From positions 12,214,001-12,278,000 of the forward strand of contig OZ024762.1 in NCBI GenBank assembly GCA_964016885.1: a stretch of DNA of 64,000 bases, read 5' to 3'. Of this stretch, positions 25,031 to 36,640 are shown piece after piece. The DNA is from Eledone cirrhosa (Eukaryota). Each line of letters begins with the position of its first letter. Positions within the stretch are counted from its first letter, which is position 1. Both the position numbers and the translations under genes were made by a program. A model generated the notes under the pieces. The model saw only the letters and a program-made list of their open reading frames with translations, made no database searches and had not been told where the DNA came from.

Positions 25031-26183
25031 CTTATCACTTCCTCTTTATCACTCTTTCTCTTGAGGAAATCATCTGCATTCAAACCTGGAGAGAAAGGAT
25101 GGGATGAGGTGATCTCCACCAGATTTAAAATACCAGGACCCATGGACGGACCCATGGATGGATGACTTCTCCCATGGATGGATGGATGACTTCTCCCATG
25201 TATTGTCCATCTGATAACCATGTTGCCAGCTCTACAAAAAGCTCAGCCAACAACCAAAATCCATTTTCATAAAGAACAAAATTCACCATCATTAAGTTTC
25301 TAATTATATCTTGTTCATAAATTCTCAATATATAAGCACACCGTGAATGTCTTTACAACATATCTCTCTGTTTATCTTCGTTAATTAACCCTCTTGTTAC
25401 ACTGCCTATCCCTCAATGAAATACACAGCCTATTTTTATCTTAAGTGTATCAGTTAATTTTGAAAATTCAAAGAATTTAATGTTTAATGAAATAACTAAC
25501 AAAATTTGTTTTTGTTCAAACATAGCAGATATGTAAATTCGTGAGTGGATAATGACAATATTATAATAATATTATTAATATTCGATTCGTTTGCAAGCAA
25601 ACCACCTCATAACACATTGTGTGTTCTCGACATAAAATTGCTTGATATGCAAATTAGGTTAATCAGCCGATGTATAATTTGGAGGATACTATATATTCTC
25701 AAGAGTTCCAGTGTGTAACAGAAACGAGAGAAATACACAATCTTGATAAGGGGCAATAACCCTGAAACAATTGTAGATTATTTTACTCTCTGCTACTGCT
25801 GGAACAAAAGGATGATGTCAGTCATCTAGAACACATGGCATTATGAGGATGTTTGCTTGCAAACGACTCGGATATTAATAATATTATTCACTAACGAAAT
25901 AACCTTTTACATAATTAATCTAATGTTTGAAACATTAATTAACAAAAATGTCTTGAATAAACTTAAGATGGAAGATTCTTTAATGTAAATACGGACATTT
26001 TAAACTAAACAGTTGTGTATCATAAAAGAAGGCAGGTTTGTACCAAAAGGGTGAATATTTTGTAACATGTTTTATAAAAGCTTATTGATCGAAACATAGT
26101 TAAATATCTTTTAATTCTTCCAATAAATGTTTATATAATTCTTAAAATGTACTTTGATTGACAGTCAATATATTAAGACTCCC

Positions 26184-26219
<36 letters not shown>

Positions 26220-26316
26220 TTGTCTGTTCCCATTTGGCTTTCTGAAACTGATGTCAATACATATATATATATATATATATATATATGAATGTATATATAT
26301 ATATATATATATGAAT

Positions 26317-26400
<84 letters not shown>

Positions 26401-27335
26401 ATATATCTACAAACATAGGCTTCCTTTTAACTTCTGCTTTATTGATAATGAAACTTTGAATAAAAATAGACATTTTTGAATGTAAAAAAAATGAAGAAAT
26501 CGCAGAGAAACTTGTGTTGTTGTTAATCTTTGTAATGTTTGTCAAGAGAAAATATCTAGAAAGAAGTTTGTTCATTCAAATAATGTTTATAGTATCTTTA
26601 CTATTGGACAGACCATCATCATCTTCCCTATTTAACAGCCATTTTTCCATGCTAGCATGGGTTAGATGAATTGTCCTATTGTGCAACAGATCAGATCAGG
26701 TGACTGTGTCTTGCTCATACAGAACTGTTTCTGGTCAGGTTTCTACAGCTGGATGCCTTTCCAACTACCAACCACATTTACAGTGTGGACTGGGTGCTTT
26801 TTATTCTTTCACCAAAATGACCAACTGACAGGTTAGGCTGGGTACTTGTGTCACCAATACGACCACCTCACAGGATGGACTGGGTACTATTTCATCATGT
26901 CACCAGTACGACCACCTCACAGGGTGGACCAGACGCTTTTTGAAACATTTTCAGCAATAAAGACACTAATATTTAAAGTGATGCAGCCATATTGCTGTTT
27001 TGTAAGTTTCAAGAATACCTTGCCAATGTGATTTCATGTGATTTGTTAATTCAAATGTTTATAGTATCTTTACTAATGGACAGATTGTTGTGAAGATGTG
27101 TAGTACAAGAGGTAAGACTTTAATCTTTGATGTGAAGCAGTCATAGTGTGATTTGTAGTTTTAATTTACAAGAATACTTTACCTTTGTTATACAAGATGT
27201 ATGGAAGAAGATTTCCTTTGAATGAAACAAAAGGAAGAGAGTCTTAACATTTCAGACACTAGTCCTTCATCAGAAGTTAGAGTGAGAAGTAAAAGATGAA
27301 ATACAAAAGGTAGAGAGTGAGAAAAGGAAGGAATA

Positions 27336-27406
<71 letters not shown>

Positions 27407-27557
27407 ATACTTTGGGAGGGTCATGTTGCCAATAAGAAACACACGCACCAGTTGCTTTCACTTCAATTTAATTTAATATATATTTATAAATTTACAAATT
27501 TATAAATTTCTGGTTGGTTGGTTGGTTCCACAACCAGATAGTTGTTTATATATATAT

Positions 27558-27602
27558 AGTCATAGTTCTTTCGTCACACACTCTGTGACCTCTTCAGTGA
27601 CT
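27558..27602 (-). ncRNA. Minimal type I hammerhead ribozyme in the PLE pseudo-LTR (element sense)
   Basis: AGUCA-CUGAAGA-G-GUCACA(gagug)UGUGAC-GAAA-G(aa)C-UA-UGACU: 5-bp helix I, 6-bp helix II, minimal helix III, CUA cleavage triplet. Confidence 0.85.
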
Positions 27603-27844
27603 GGGGATTTCTTTCTTCGTTTCTGTGCCTTTCCTTTCTTCTATCCTACGCCATTTTGTTTGTGTGTGGGTTGCGTGCTCAGTTTGCGCATGCGCCACAT
27701 CCGGGTGTCTGTGTGTGTTTGTGTTCATTTTTCTATTTTTCTATTTATATTTGTTTGTTTATTTATTTATTTATTGTTGGTTGGTTGTTTGTTCTATGTG
27801 TGTGTGTGTTTTCATTTTGTCTTGTGTGTGTTTTCATTTTGTCC

Positions 27845-30800
27845 TTAATTGTAAGTTGTGATGTTGCTGTTCCACTCATATTTTCTATTTAATTTTGGTT
27901 TTAATTCTTTTATGCTTACTGCCTCTGTAATTTGCCTAAACATTGCGTCTTTCTTGTGTGTGGATTCTATTTTTATTTCTATGCTCTCTAATTTACCCCT
28001 GTGTTCTATCTTAGCATGTTGGTAGAGCACAGATGATTCTTTACTATCTTGGAGGTCTCGCCAGTGTTCATTTATTCGTTCCCCTATACTACGAGCTGTC
28101 TCACCTATGTACACTATATTTTTGTTTCTACATTGTCCTTCAGTACATCTTATGCTATATACTACATTTCTAGTTTTACAGTTAATATGGGGGCTTATTT
28201 TACAGGTTATACATTTCTTATCTATACATGAGGGTCTTTGGAACGGGTATGTCTTGCTAATAAGTGTTTTTACGGAGGTACCAGGTCTTTCTACTATCTT
28301 AATATTGAGATTATGTTTCTTTAGGGCCCTTCTAAATTTGTAGGCTAGTTCGCCTCTAGGGGTTGTATTGATGAACATTACACTCTGGTATTTATTGCTA
28401 TCATACCATGAGTTTATTCTATTGGCCTTGTTCTTAGTTCTTTCTATTCTATTCCAAAATTTGCTCCTATACAAGGGGCAGGTCCCATTTATGTCATTAT
28501 TTACCATTTTTTCCCATTTGGTTCTGGCTCCTTTATACACTCTGATTCTATCTCTCTGATTGTAGCCAGAGAACTGCATACGGTGGATGAAGTGTTGTAT
28601 GTGTCTCTCTAGTTCTTCGGGGTTGCACATGCGGGACACATTTCTCATCACCCGTATCAAATCCGCAATCAGTATGTTGATTTTGGTATGGTCCGAAATG
28701 GCCGAGTTTCGGTGGATCAGATGTTTGGAAGTCATGGGTTTGGCATAATAGGAATGGAGGATTTGTTTTTGGTTGTTAATAGTATCTAACCAGAGCTCTG
28801 TGTCTAGTACAGGTAATCGATGGTTGGGGTGTCTACTTGGGTAGTCTATAGTAACTCTAATGCTCTGGTGGATGGAGTTTGCTATTTGCTGGATGCTTTC
28901 CATTGTGTTTTTCTCTGGTTCCTGACTGTTCTTTAGTGGGGGTGTCTTAACTACGATGTTTATATCATCTACGTAGCGGGAGTACATTATCAGGGTTAAG
29001 CTGTCTTCTAATTGTTCTTTAAGTTTTTGTTTAAGTCTACTGTCCCACCATACCATGAACAAGTTAGCTATGTCGCCTGCAATGCTAACACCAATGGCTG
29101 CTCCTTCCTCTTGGGCATATGTTTTACCATTAAATTTGAACATATGTTCCTTAAGGGTTAATTTTATGCTGGCCCCTACCGCATGTGCAATCATTTTCTT
29201 CAGTTCATCGTGGTTTTCGGGTGTCCGTATGGCTCTGGTCCACCCGTTCCATCTATCTGTGTGGGTTTTCTTGGCCATTGAGGTAATGGTAGGTGGTCTG
29301 CCTCTTGCTGGTCTTGTAGGGCACAGGTTGCTAAGGTCATAAGTGTCTAGGTAACTATTACTATGGGTAAGCTTAAGTAGAAGTCCCAGCTCACTGGTAT
29401 CAATCCCCCGGAACTCAACCTTGCTCTCGCTGATCATTTCGACGCATTTCTCCACAGCAAAATCCACGTCAATAGATGGATACAGGGACACAACATCCAT
29501 ACTGCCTATTATGCAGTTTGTTAGGTCCCCAGATCGGTTACCCGCGCCGATTCTGCTGAGGAGGTCCTCCGTGCTGTCACACACATCTGGGGACATCTCA
29601 ATGATGGGGCGTATGATCAGGGAGAGGAAGTAGGACAGTCTGTAGTTACTAGCAATGTTAGCCCCACAGACTGGCCGTGTTGGTGGTCCCGCGACAGGGT
29701 CCCAGCCCGTTTTATGGTCTTTTCGAAGCCCATACAACGCCGGCACGTCATTGTTCCAGGCCTGGAAGTTGTTGGCAGTCCTTTTGTTGGGCTGCATTAT
29801 ATTTGTCCACATCACCATATGGGCATTGAGGGTTTTTTCTCTATCCTCATGCTCCTGTGGTGTTACCTCTCTTGTGTTAGTGATGTGGGGTTGCATTGCC
29901 TGGATGTAGTTTGGCAGGCTGTCAACCGACATTCTGCCAGACTTGTCTGTTGGAAAGCATGCTATCTCTCCATTACGCGAGCGCTGCATGAGCTTACGCA
30001 AGCCATTTGCAGATTCTTCTCCCAGTTGCTGGGCCTCTATTCTATTATGCTTCTTGCTATACTGTTCTATAATATTTCTAAGTTCGGATTTAGCTATACT
30101 AAATTGTGCTTCTGTTTGTTCATCGACCTGCGACGGCAACTGCATGCGTTTGTTAAATGGCAAAGTTGTGGCGTGGACTCGTCGTAGGTCGAATGATTTA
30201 TCGGAGGGGTTATAAAACGGAGAGTTCCAGGCTGCTGCTTTATGTGTACTAGTGCTATTGTTAGTTGTGTTGTTTCTATTTCCACCAACAGCAGCAGCCT
30301 CAGCTTCATGGTTGTTTCTATGTCTCTCATAATTACTCCTGTCTCTTTCCACTGGCTCAATGTTGTTATCTACCCTATTTTGTGTGTCTGTGTGTTCGTC
30401 TTGGTTATTCTCTTTGTCCTTAGTCTCCCTACTCCTTTTAATCCTATTACTTTCTCTTATTTCTCTGATTTCTGTGCTACTGTCATTACTTGTTTTCTGT
30501 GTCTGTGTGTTTGTTAAGATTGTAGTGGTGGTGAGAGGCATTGAATGTGTGTGTGTTGTTGTTGTTGATGTGTGTTGTTGTTGATGTGTGTTGTTGTCTC
30601 CGTGTGTGTGTGTGTTATCGTTGTTGTGTGTGTTGTTATTGTTGTTTGTGTTTGCGTGTCTGTTGTTGTTGTATCTGGGTATGTTGCTGTTGTTGTTGTT
30701 GTTGATGTGTGTGTTGTTGTTATTGTTGTCTCCGTGTGTGTTGTTATTGTTGTTTGTGTCTGCGTGTCTGTTGTATCTGGGTATGTTGCTATTGTTGGTG

Positions 30801-31082
30801 TTGTATCTGGGTATGTTGCTATTGTTGTTGTTATTGTTGTTTGTGTCTGTGTGTCTGTTGTTGTTGGGATGTGTGTTGTATATGTGTGTGCGTATATTGT
30901 TGCTTTTGTTTTTGTTTTTGATGCTCCAGCGTAGTTTCGTAAATGATTTTTCTATTTCTGACAGACAACTAATCATATTTACCTTCTTGAATGTCGCAAA
31001 TTTGGGTGGCAGACGTAACACAGACATTTCATTATTATCTATTTTCGTGTTTCCATAAATGTTGGTATTTTCATTGTTGAAA
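27845..31082 (-). CDS. Penelope-like element polyprotein (RT + C-terminal GIY-YIG endonuclease), 5'-truncated by inversion
   Basis: Stop-free ORF of about 1080 aa with LPPKF, TDKSGR, LYGLRKDHK, SMDVVSLYPSI, GAAIG, SRYVDD, LPVLD, YAKP, a Cys-rich linker and NVVYSIRC...VYIGETARS...RINEH. Confidence 0.93.
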
Positions 31083-31143
31083 ACAAACAAAATGGCGTAG
31101 GATAGAAGAAAGGAAAGGCACAGAAACGAAGAAAGAAATCCCC

Positions 31144-31188
31144 AGTCACTGAAGAGGTCACAGAGTGTGTGACGAAAGAACTATGACT
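31144..31188 (+). ncRNA. Minimal type I hammerhead ribozyme (identical copy in the inverted pseudo-LTR)
   Basis: agtca ctgaaga g gtcaca gagtg tgtgac gaaa gaac ta tgact read directly on the + strand. Confidence 0.85.
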
Positions 31189-31397
31189 ATATATATATAA
31201 ACAACTATCTGGTTGTGGAACCAACCAACCAACCAGAAATTTATAAATTTGTAAATTTATAAATATATATTAAATTAAATTGAAGTGAAACAACTGGTGC
31301 GTGTGTTTCTTATTGGCAACATGACCCTCCCAAAGTATAACAATATCGGTTTCAACACACGATTTCAGATAAAGAATCTTGCTAAACAAATTCAGAA

Positions 31398-31541
<144 letters not shown>

Positions 31542-32294
31542 ATCCATTCGAAGGTGTGTGGCTGAGTGGTTAGAGAATTGGATTCGCAATCGTGAGGTTG
31601 TGAGTTCGATTCCTGGACCGGAATGCGTTATGTCCTTGAGCAAGACACTTTATTTCACATTGCTCCTTCTACCTGGAGTTGCGACCGATAGATAGTATTA
31701 GCAATTGGAAAGACCAACGGAAACATTGTTTCCTTGGTCCGATTTGACGAAAGTCGATCGTTCCTATATATATGTGTAAAAGGTAAGGTGCCCCAGCATG
31801 GCCTCAGCCGGATGGCTGAAACAGGTAAAAGAGTAAAAGAGTAGAAATAACAACACAATCAGTACAGTATATGGAAGGGATATATTAGGTTAACGCTTGA
31901 TATAGCAGGAAGAGGGTCTTAACGTTTCAGATGCTAGTCTTTCATCAGAGGAAAGAATGAGAAATAAGATAGATTGAGGGGACGGGCGGGTTGGAATTGG
32001 AAAAAAATGTCTTTAGTTAAAATTAACAGGTCCATTCATGTTGACATCTCTTGGAAAATTGTTGGTGCTGGCATTTTGTGTATGATTTACTTTTTAGAAA
32101 AATATCAGCAGCAGCATCACCACTAACATCATCATCATCATCATCATCACTACTTAACATCTATTTTCCATACTAGCATAGGTTAGATGAGTTGTCCTGT
32201 TGTGAGACGAGCCAGATCAGGTGACCATGCCTTGCCCATACAGAACTGTTTCTGACTTGGTTGTCCTTCCAAACACCAACCACATTTACAGCAT

Positions 32295-32715
32295 GGACTG
32301 GGTGCTTTTTATAATGTCACCAGCATGACCACCTTACAAACTGGACTGGGTGCTTTTTATAATGTCACCAGCATGACCACCTTACAAACTGGACTGGGTG
32401 CTTTTTATAATGTCACCAGCATGACCACCTTACAAACTGGACTGGGTGCTTTTTATAATGTCACCAGCATGACCACCTTACAAACTGGACTGGGTGCTTT
32501 TTATAATGTCACCAGCATGACCACCTTACAAACTGGACTGGGTGCTTTTTATAATGTCACCAGCATGACCACCTTACAAACTGGACTGGGTGCTTTTTAT
32601 AATGTCACCAGCATGACCACCTTACAAACTGGACTGGGTGCTTTTTATAATGTCACCAGCATGACCACCTTACAAACTGGACTGGGTGCTTTTTATAATG
32701 TCACCAACATGACTA
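32295..32715. repeat. 48-bp tandem array within an RTE/SINE-type tail (minus orientation)
   Basis: ggactgggtgctttttataatgtcaccagcatgaccaccttacaaact, about 8.5 identical units. Confidence 0.92.
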
Positions 32716-33084
32716 CCTACCTATATATATATATCCTGTCATTTCATGTGGGTATTATACTAGTATATATACAAAGTCAAATTCAGTCTGCCTCTCTCTC
32801 TTTCTCTCTCACTCTGTCTGTCTCTTTCTCTCTCTCTCTCTTACTGTCTTTTTTATCACTCCCACTCTGTGTCTGTCTTTCTCTCTCACACTCACTTTCA
32901 CTGTCTCTTTGCTCCCCCCCCCCTTCAAAATCTATTACTCTTGCTCTCTCTTCCTGTTTTTTTTTTATCTCTTTCTTTCTCTCTTTCACACCCCCTCAAA
33001 ATCTATCACTCTCTCTCTCTTTCTTCTCTCTCATACACACCCTCTGTCTCGTCTTACTCTTTCTCTCTCTGTCTCGCTCTACTC

Positions 33085-33120
<36 letters not shown>

Positions 33121-33674
33121 TCCACACACTTTCTCACTGTCTCTCTCTTCCGCATACTCTCTCACTGTTTCTCTTTGTCTCGCCTTCCTTCCTTTCTCTC
33201 TCGCCCTCCTCTCTCTCTATATTCCACACACTCTCTTATTGTTTCGCGCTCTCTCTCTCTCTCTCTGTCACGCCCTCCTCTCTCTATTCCACTCTCTCTC
33301 TATGACAAACTAACGATGTTATTGTTAGTTTACCATTGTATTCCTCCGTTGCCATAACAGCCACTTCAAAGACAAAATGTCGCCCTGACAGCAATCATTG
33401 TAATGTTATTGCTTCGTTTACTTCTTCTCCTCCTTGCTGACGCCTAATTCCTTACTGCCGAACACTCTTCCTTGGGATTATTGCTACACTTACAATGTTA
33501 GCCGGAGCTTACTCGTATCCTTTTCATTACATTTTTCTCTTTTTTTCTTCTCTACTCTAACGTTTCCTCACTATCGCGTACATGTACACACACACACACA
33601 CATACACACACACACATATATATATATATACACAATATATTAACAAATGGAAACTATATTTATAAAACCATATT

Positions 33675-33740
33675 TATTTTATTATACATATTTCAAGGGC
33701 CACCAAGGAAAATTATGGTGCGCTTTCATCAGATAAAATA
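33675..33740 (-). ncRNA. Type I hammerhead-like motif
   Basis: Reverse complement reads UAUUUUAU-CUGAUGA-AAGCGCACCA...UGGUGGCCCUU-GAAA-UA(ug)UA-UA-AUAAAAUA; perfect 8-bp helix I. Confidence 0.65.
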
Positions 33741-34014
33741 CAATACAGAATTAGTTTTATAAATAAATATTGACATAACCCGAAAAAAAGACAACCTTAA
33801 CGGTTGGAGCCACTGTTGAGTGCTTTATATCAGTTATAAAAAATGTTTAAGCTTGTTGAATCCCAACAAATTAAATATAACCTCTGCATATATATATATA
33901 TATTGGAAAATGTGTGAGATCCTTGGTACAGTTGGGTATATTTGAAAAAAAGGAAAAGAATGACTTCACTTGTAGTTCTAAATAATTTGATTTAATTTTA
34001 TATTATGAGTTGGT

Positions 34015-34056
<42 letters not shown>

Positions 34057-34080
34057 CAAAGGTGTGGTAAGATACCAGGT

Positions 34081-34457
34081 GGACCATAACGCACCAGAGT
34101 ACTCGATACTTAGGGTAGTAGAGTGGGCATAACGCACCAGAGTACTCGATACTGAGGGTAGTAGAGTGGGTAATAGGAAAAGAGTCAGGAGTCCGACAGC
34201 TGAGCTCCGGCCATTTCGACAGCTGACTTAGTTCGGATCTAGCTGTCGAAACGCCCCGAGCTCAGCCGTCGGGGACCTGATTCTTTTCCTATATATATAT
34301 AATAAAGAGTCGGGAGCCGACGGTTGAGCTCTTGCCGTTTCGACCACTAGTTCTGGAACTAGCTGTTGAAACCACAAGAGCTCAGTTGTCCTGACTCTTT
34401 ATAATATAGCTATACTCTACTATCGCAAGTATCGAGTACTCTGTTGAGTAATGGTCT
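34081..34457. mobile_element. Foldback/MITE-like element with ~44-bp TIRs and two internal long hairpins
   Basis: Left TIR duplicated (43-bp direct repeat); hairpins at 34173-34292 and 34302-34402. Confidence 0.7.
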
Positions 34458-34794
34458 AATTAGTTTTAAACTGGTTCTATGCTGACACACACACACATGT
34501 ATATATATATATATATATTATAAGAACAGATTAAAGTTGAACCAAAGAATCGCTAATTTTAAAGATCCCGTAAACGGTTGAAAGCAACGATCTTTGCTTA
34601 AACTTTAATCTGTTCTTATAATAAATATTTGCCCTACGGTTTATATATATATATATTTAAGTTAACTTTGATAGGTTTCGGCCAGTATTGGCCCACGCCA
34701 TGTCTAACATAATAGCACCACCTACACGCAAATACTCTTGTATCCGTCTATCTGTGTGAATGTATGTATTTCTCTGTCTCATATATACAGGGTA

Positions 34795-34843
<49 letters not shown>

Positions 34844-35024
34844 ATGTAGAAGTTATATTTAATTTGTTGGGATACAACAAGCAAATATTTTTATAACTGA
34901 TATAAAACACTCAACAAATTATTGGAGTAAAAATACAATATATTAACAAATGGAAACTTCCAACCGACATGGTCGTATTCTTTAAGGGTATGTCAATATT
35001 TGTTTATAAAACTGATCTATATTA

Positions 35025-35089
35025 TATTCGATCTGATGAAAGCGCACCATAATTTGCTTTGGTGTCCTTGAAATATGTATAATGAAATA
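35025..35089 (+). ncRNA. Hammerhead-like motif, inverted paralog of 33675-33740 with degraded helix I
   Basis: ctgatga aagcgcacca...tggtgtcctt gaaa tatgta ta. Confidence 0.5.
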
Positions 35090-35129
35090 AATATGGTTTT
35101 ATAAATATAGTTTCCATTTGTTAATATAT

Positions 35130-35184
<55 letters not shown>

Positions 35185-35629
35185 CATATACCCCACGCCC
35201 TCTGAATCAGTGGGTCAAGGTTTCAGTTAGTTAAAACCTACATTTCTTGTAACTTCAATCGATCGATTTATTGAACTCTCACACATGTATTAATTATTCA
35301 TAATGTCTGTTTACTTCAAATTTTCGTCGATACCGCTAGCTTTTCAAAGTAGTATTGGTGGAACTTCGAAGTAAATAGTCACTATTAGTAATATTACAAA
35401 TTTTGTTCATAGTTGTATAAATAACATTACAAATTGTTCGCAATTCTTTCAGAATGAAAATATAAACACATATAATAAATACAATTAATTATTGCTAGGA
35501 ACCTCACAGATATAATACACCAAATTATACGATAGAAAAATAGAGAGGGGGGTGGGGACACACAAAAACGACCTTCAATTCACCACCAATTGCGACAGTG
35601 GGTCACAAATCACATCACAAGGGCCAACG

Positions 35630-35872
35630 GAATATTTTGAAGCAAGCCAACACGCTCGCAGCATTGCCACGGGTGATGGCATGGCTAAGGCACTGAAACA
35701 ACCAGGTACCTTCACGGGCTTCACCTGACACCTCAGTAAGGCCGGGTGATGGCGAGGCTAAGGCGCTGAAACATCCAGGCACCCTTACGGACTTCACCTG
35801 ACACCCCAGTAAGGTGAGCCGCCAGTGATGACAAGAAATTCGCTGTCAGCGGCCCAACTCCACCAAACGTCT
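35630..35872 (-). mobile_element. CRE-like (RLE) non-LTR retrotransposon 3' fragment with internal duplication
   Basis: EVSGEAREGTWLFQCLSHAITRGNAASVLAC. Confidence 0.7.
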
Positions 35873-35999
35873 TAATATTTGTGAGATAGTTATGCGAAGT
35901 AAAGCCTTTACCAGAAAATACAATGGTAAATATAGAGTAATGTAAATGCTTAAGGGTTAATTAAAAAAATCAGGAATTATTAACGACCTAGTGTTTTTC

Positions 36000-36170
36000 A
36001 AGTCTGTGATGTTGGAGACGTTTGGTGGTGGTCAAGCGGTAGAGTGGGCTGGGCTGCTGACAACGAAGTTCTAGTTATCTTTGGCGGCTCACCTTACCGA
36101 GGTATTAGGGGATGTCAATGAGGTTTCTTGGTTGTTCCAGCACCTTGACCTCGCTATCACCAGGGGCGGT
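36000..36170 (+). mobile_element. CRE-like 3' fragment (degraded)
   Basis: F.SVMLETFGG...WLFQHLDLAITRG. Confidence 0.6.
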
Positions 36171-36344
36171 GGAACTGGGGTGATGTCATCCCATCTCGCT
36201 TCCCAATAATTATATATTATTCTCCCCAAACTACCAAAACACACATCTATTTGTATATGCGCTACAATTTATGTACATGTTATGTTTATCGCAGATCGAA
36301 GTTGTTTATATCTTGGTAGATATTCGATAATGATAGCTAAGCTA

Positions 36345-36640
36345 ATCACTACAGCCTGTGGCTTTCGAGGAGTTTGGGGGAGTCGGGCCGCTGACTGCGA
36401 GGTTCCTCTCTTCACTGGCGGCTCGCCTAATAGAGGTAACTGGCGAATCTCGTGAGGGCGCTTGGTTGTTCCAGCACCTCAGCCTTGCCATCACCCGAGG
36501 TAACACTGCGAGTGTGCTGGCTTGCCTCAAAAATCATTAGAGAGGTTGCCCAGTACTCCTGGCTGCTGTCTTTTGCTCTGGTGTTGGCTTGGTTGTTCAC
36601 TCCTTCCTTTACATGTTCTTTAGTATTGCAACATTAAAAG
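36345..36640 (+). mobile_element. CRE-like non-LTR retrotransposon 3' end
   Basis: PVAFEEFGGVG...REGAWLFQHLSLAITRGNTASVLACL, matching the CRE-clade C-terminal LSxAxxRGNA motif. Confidence 0.72.

Noticed and set aside
27845-31090. Naiad/Chlamys-type (N-terminal endonuclease, selenoprotein) PLE; also the ORF-track start at 31090
   Set aside because: The GIY-YIG is C-terminal and no in-frame TGA occurs. The listed start is a TTG contributed by the inverted repeat.
35290-35390. Weak inverted repeat (tgtttacttc/gaagtaaata)
   Set aside because: Too degenerate to define an element.
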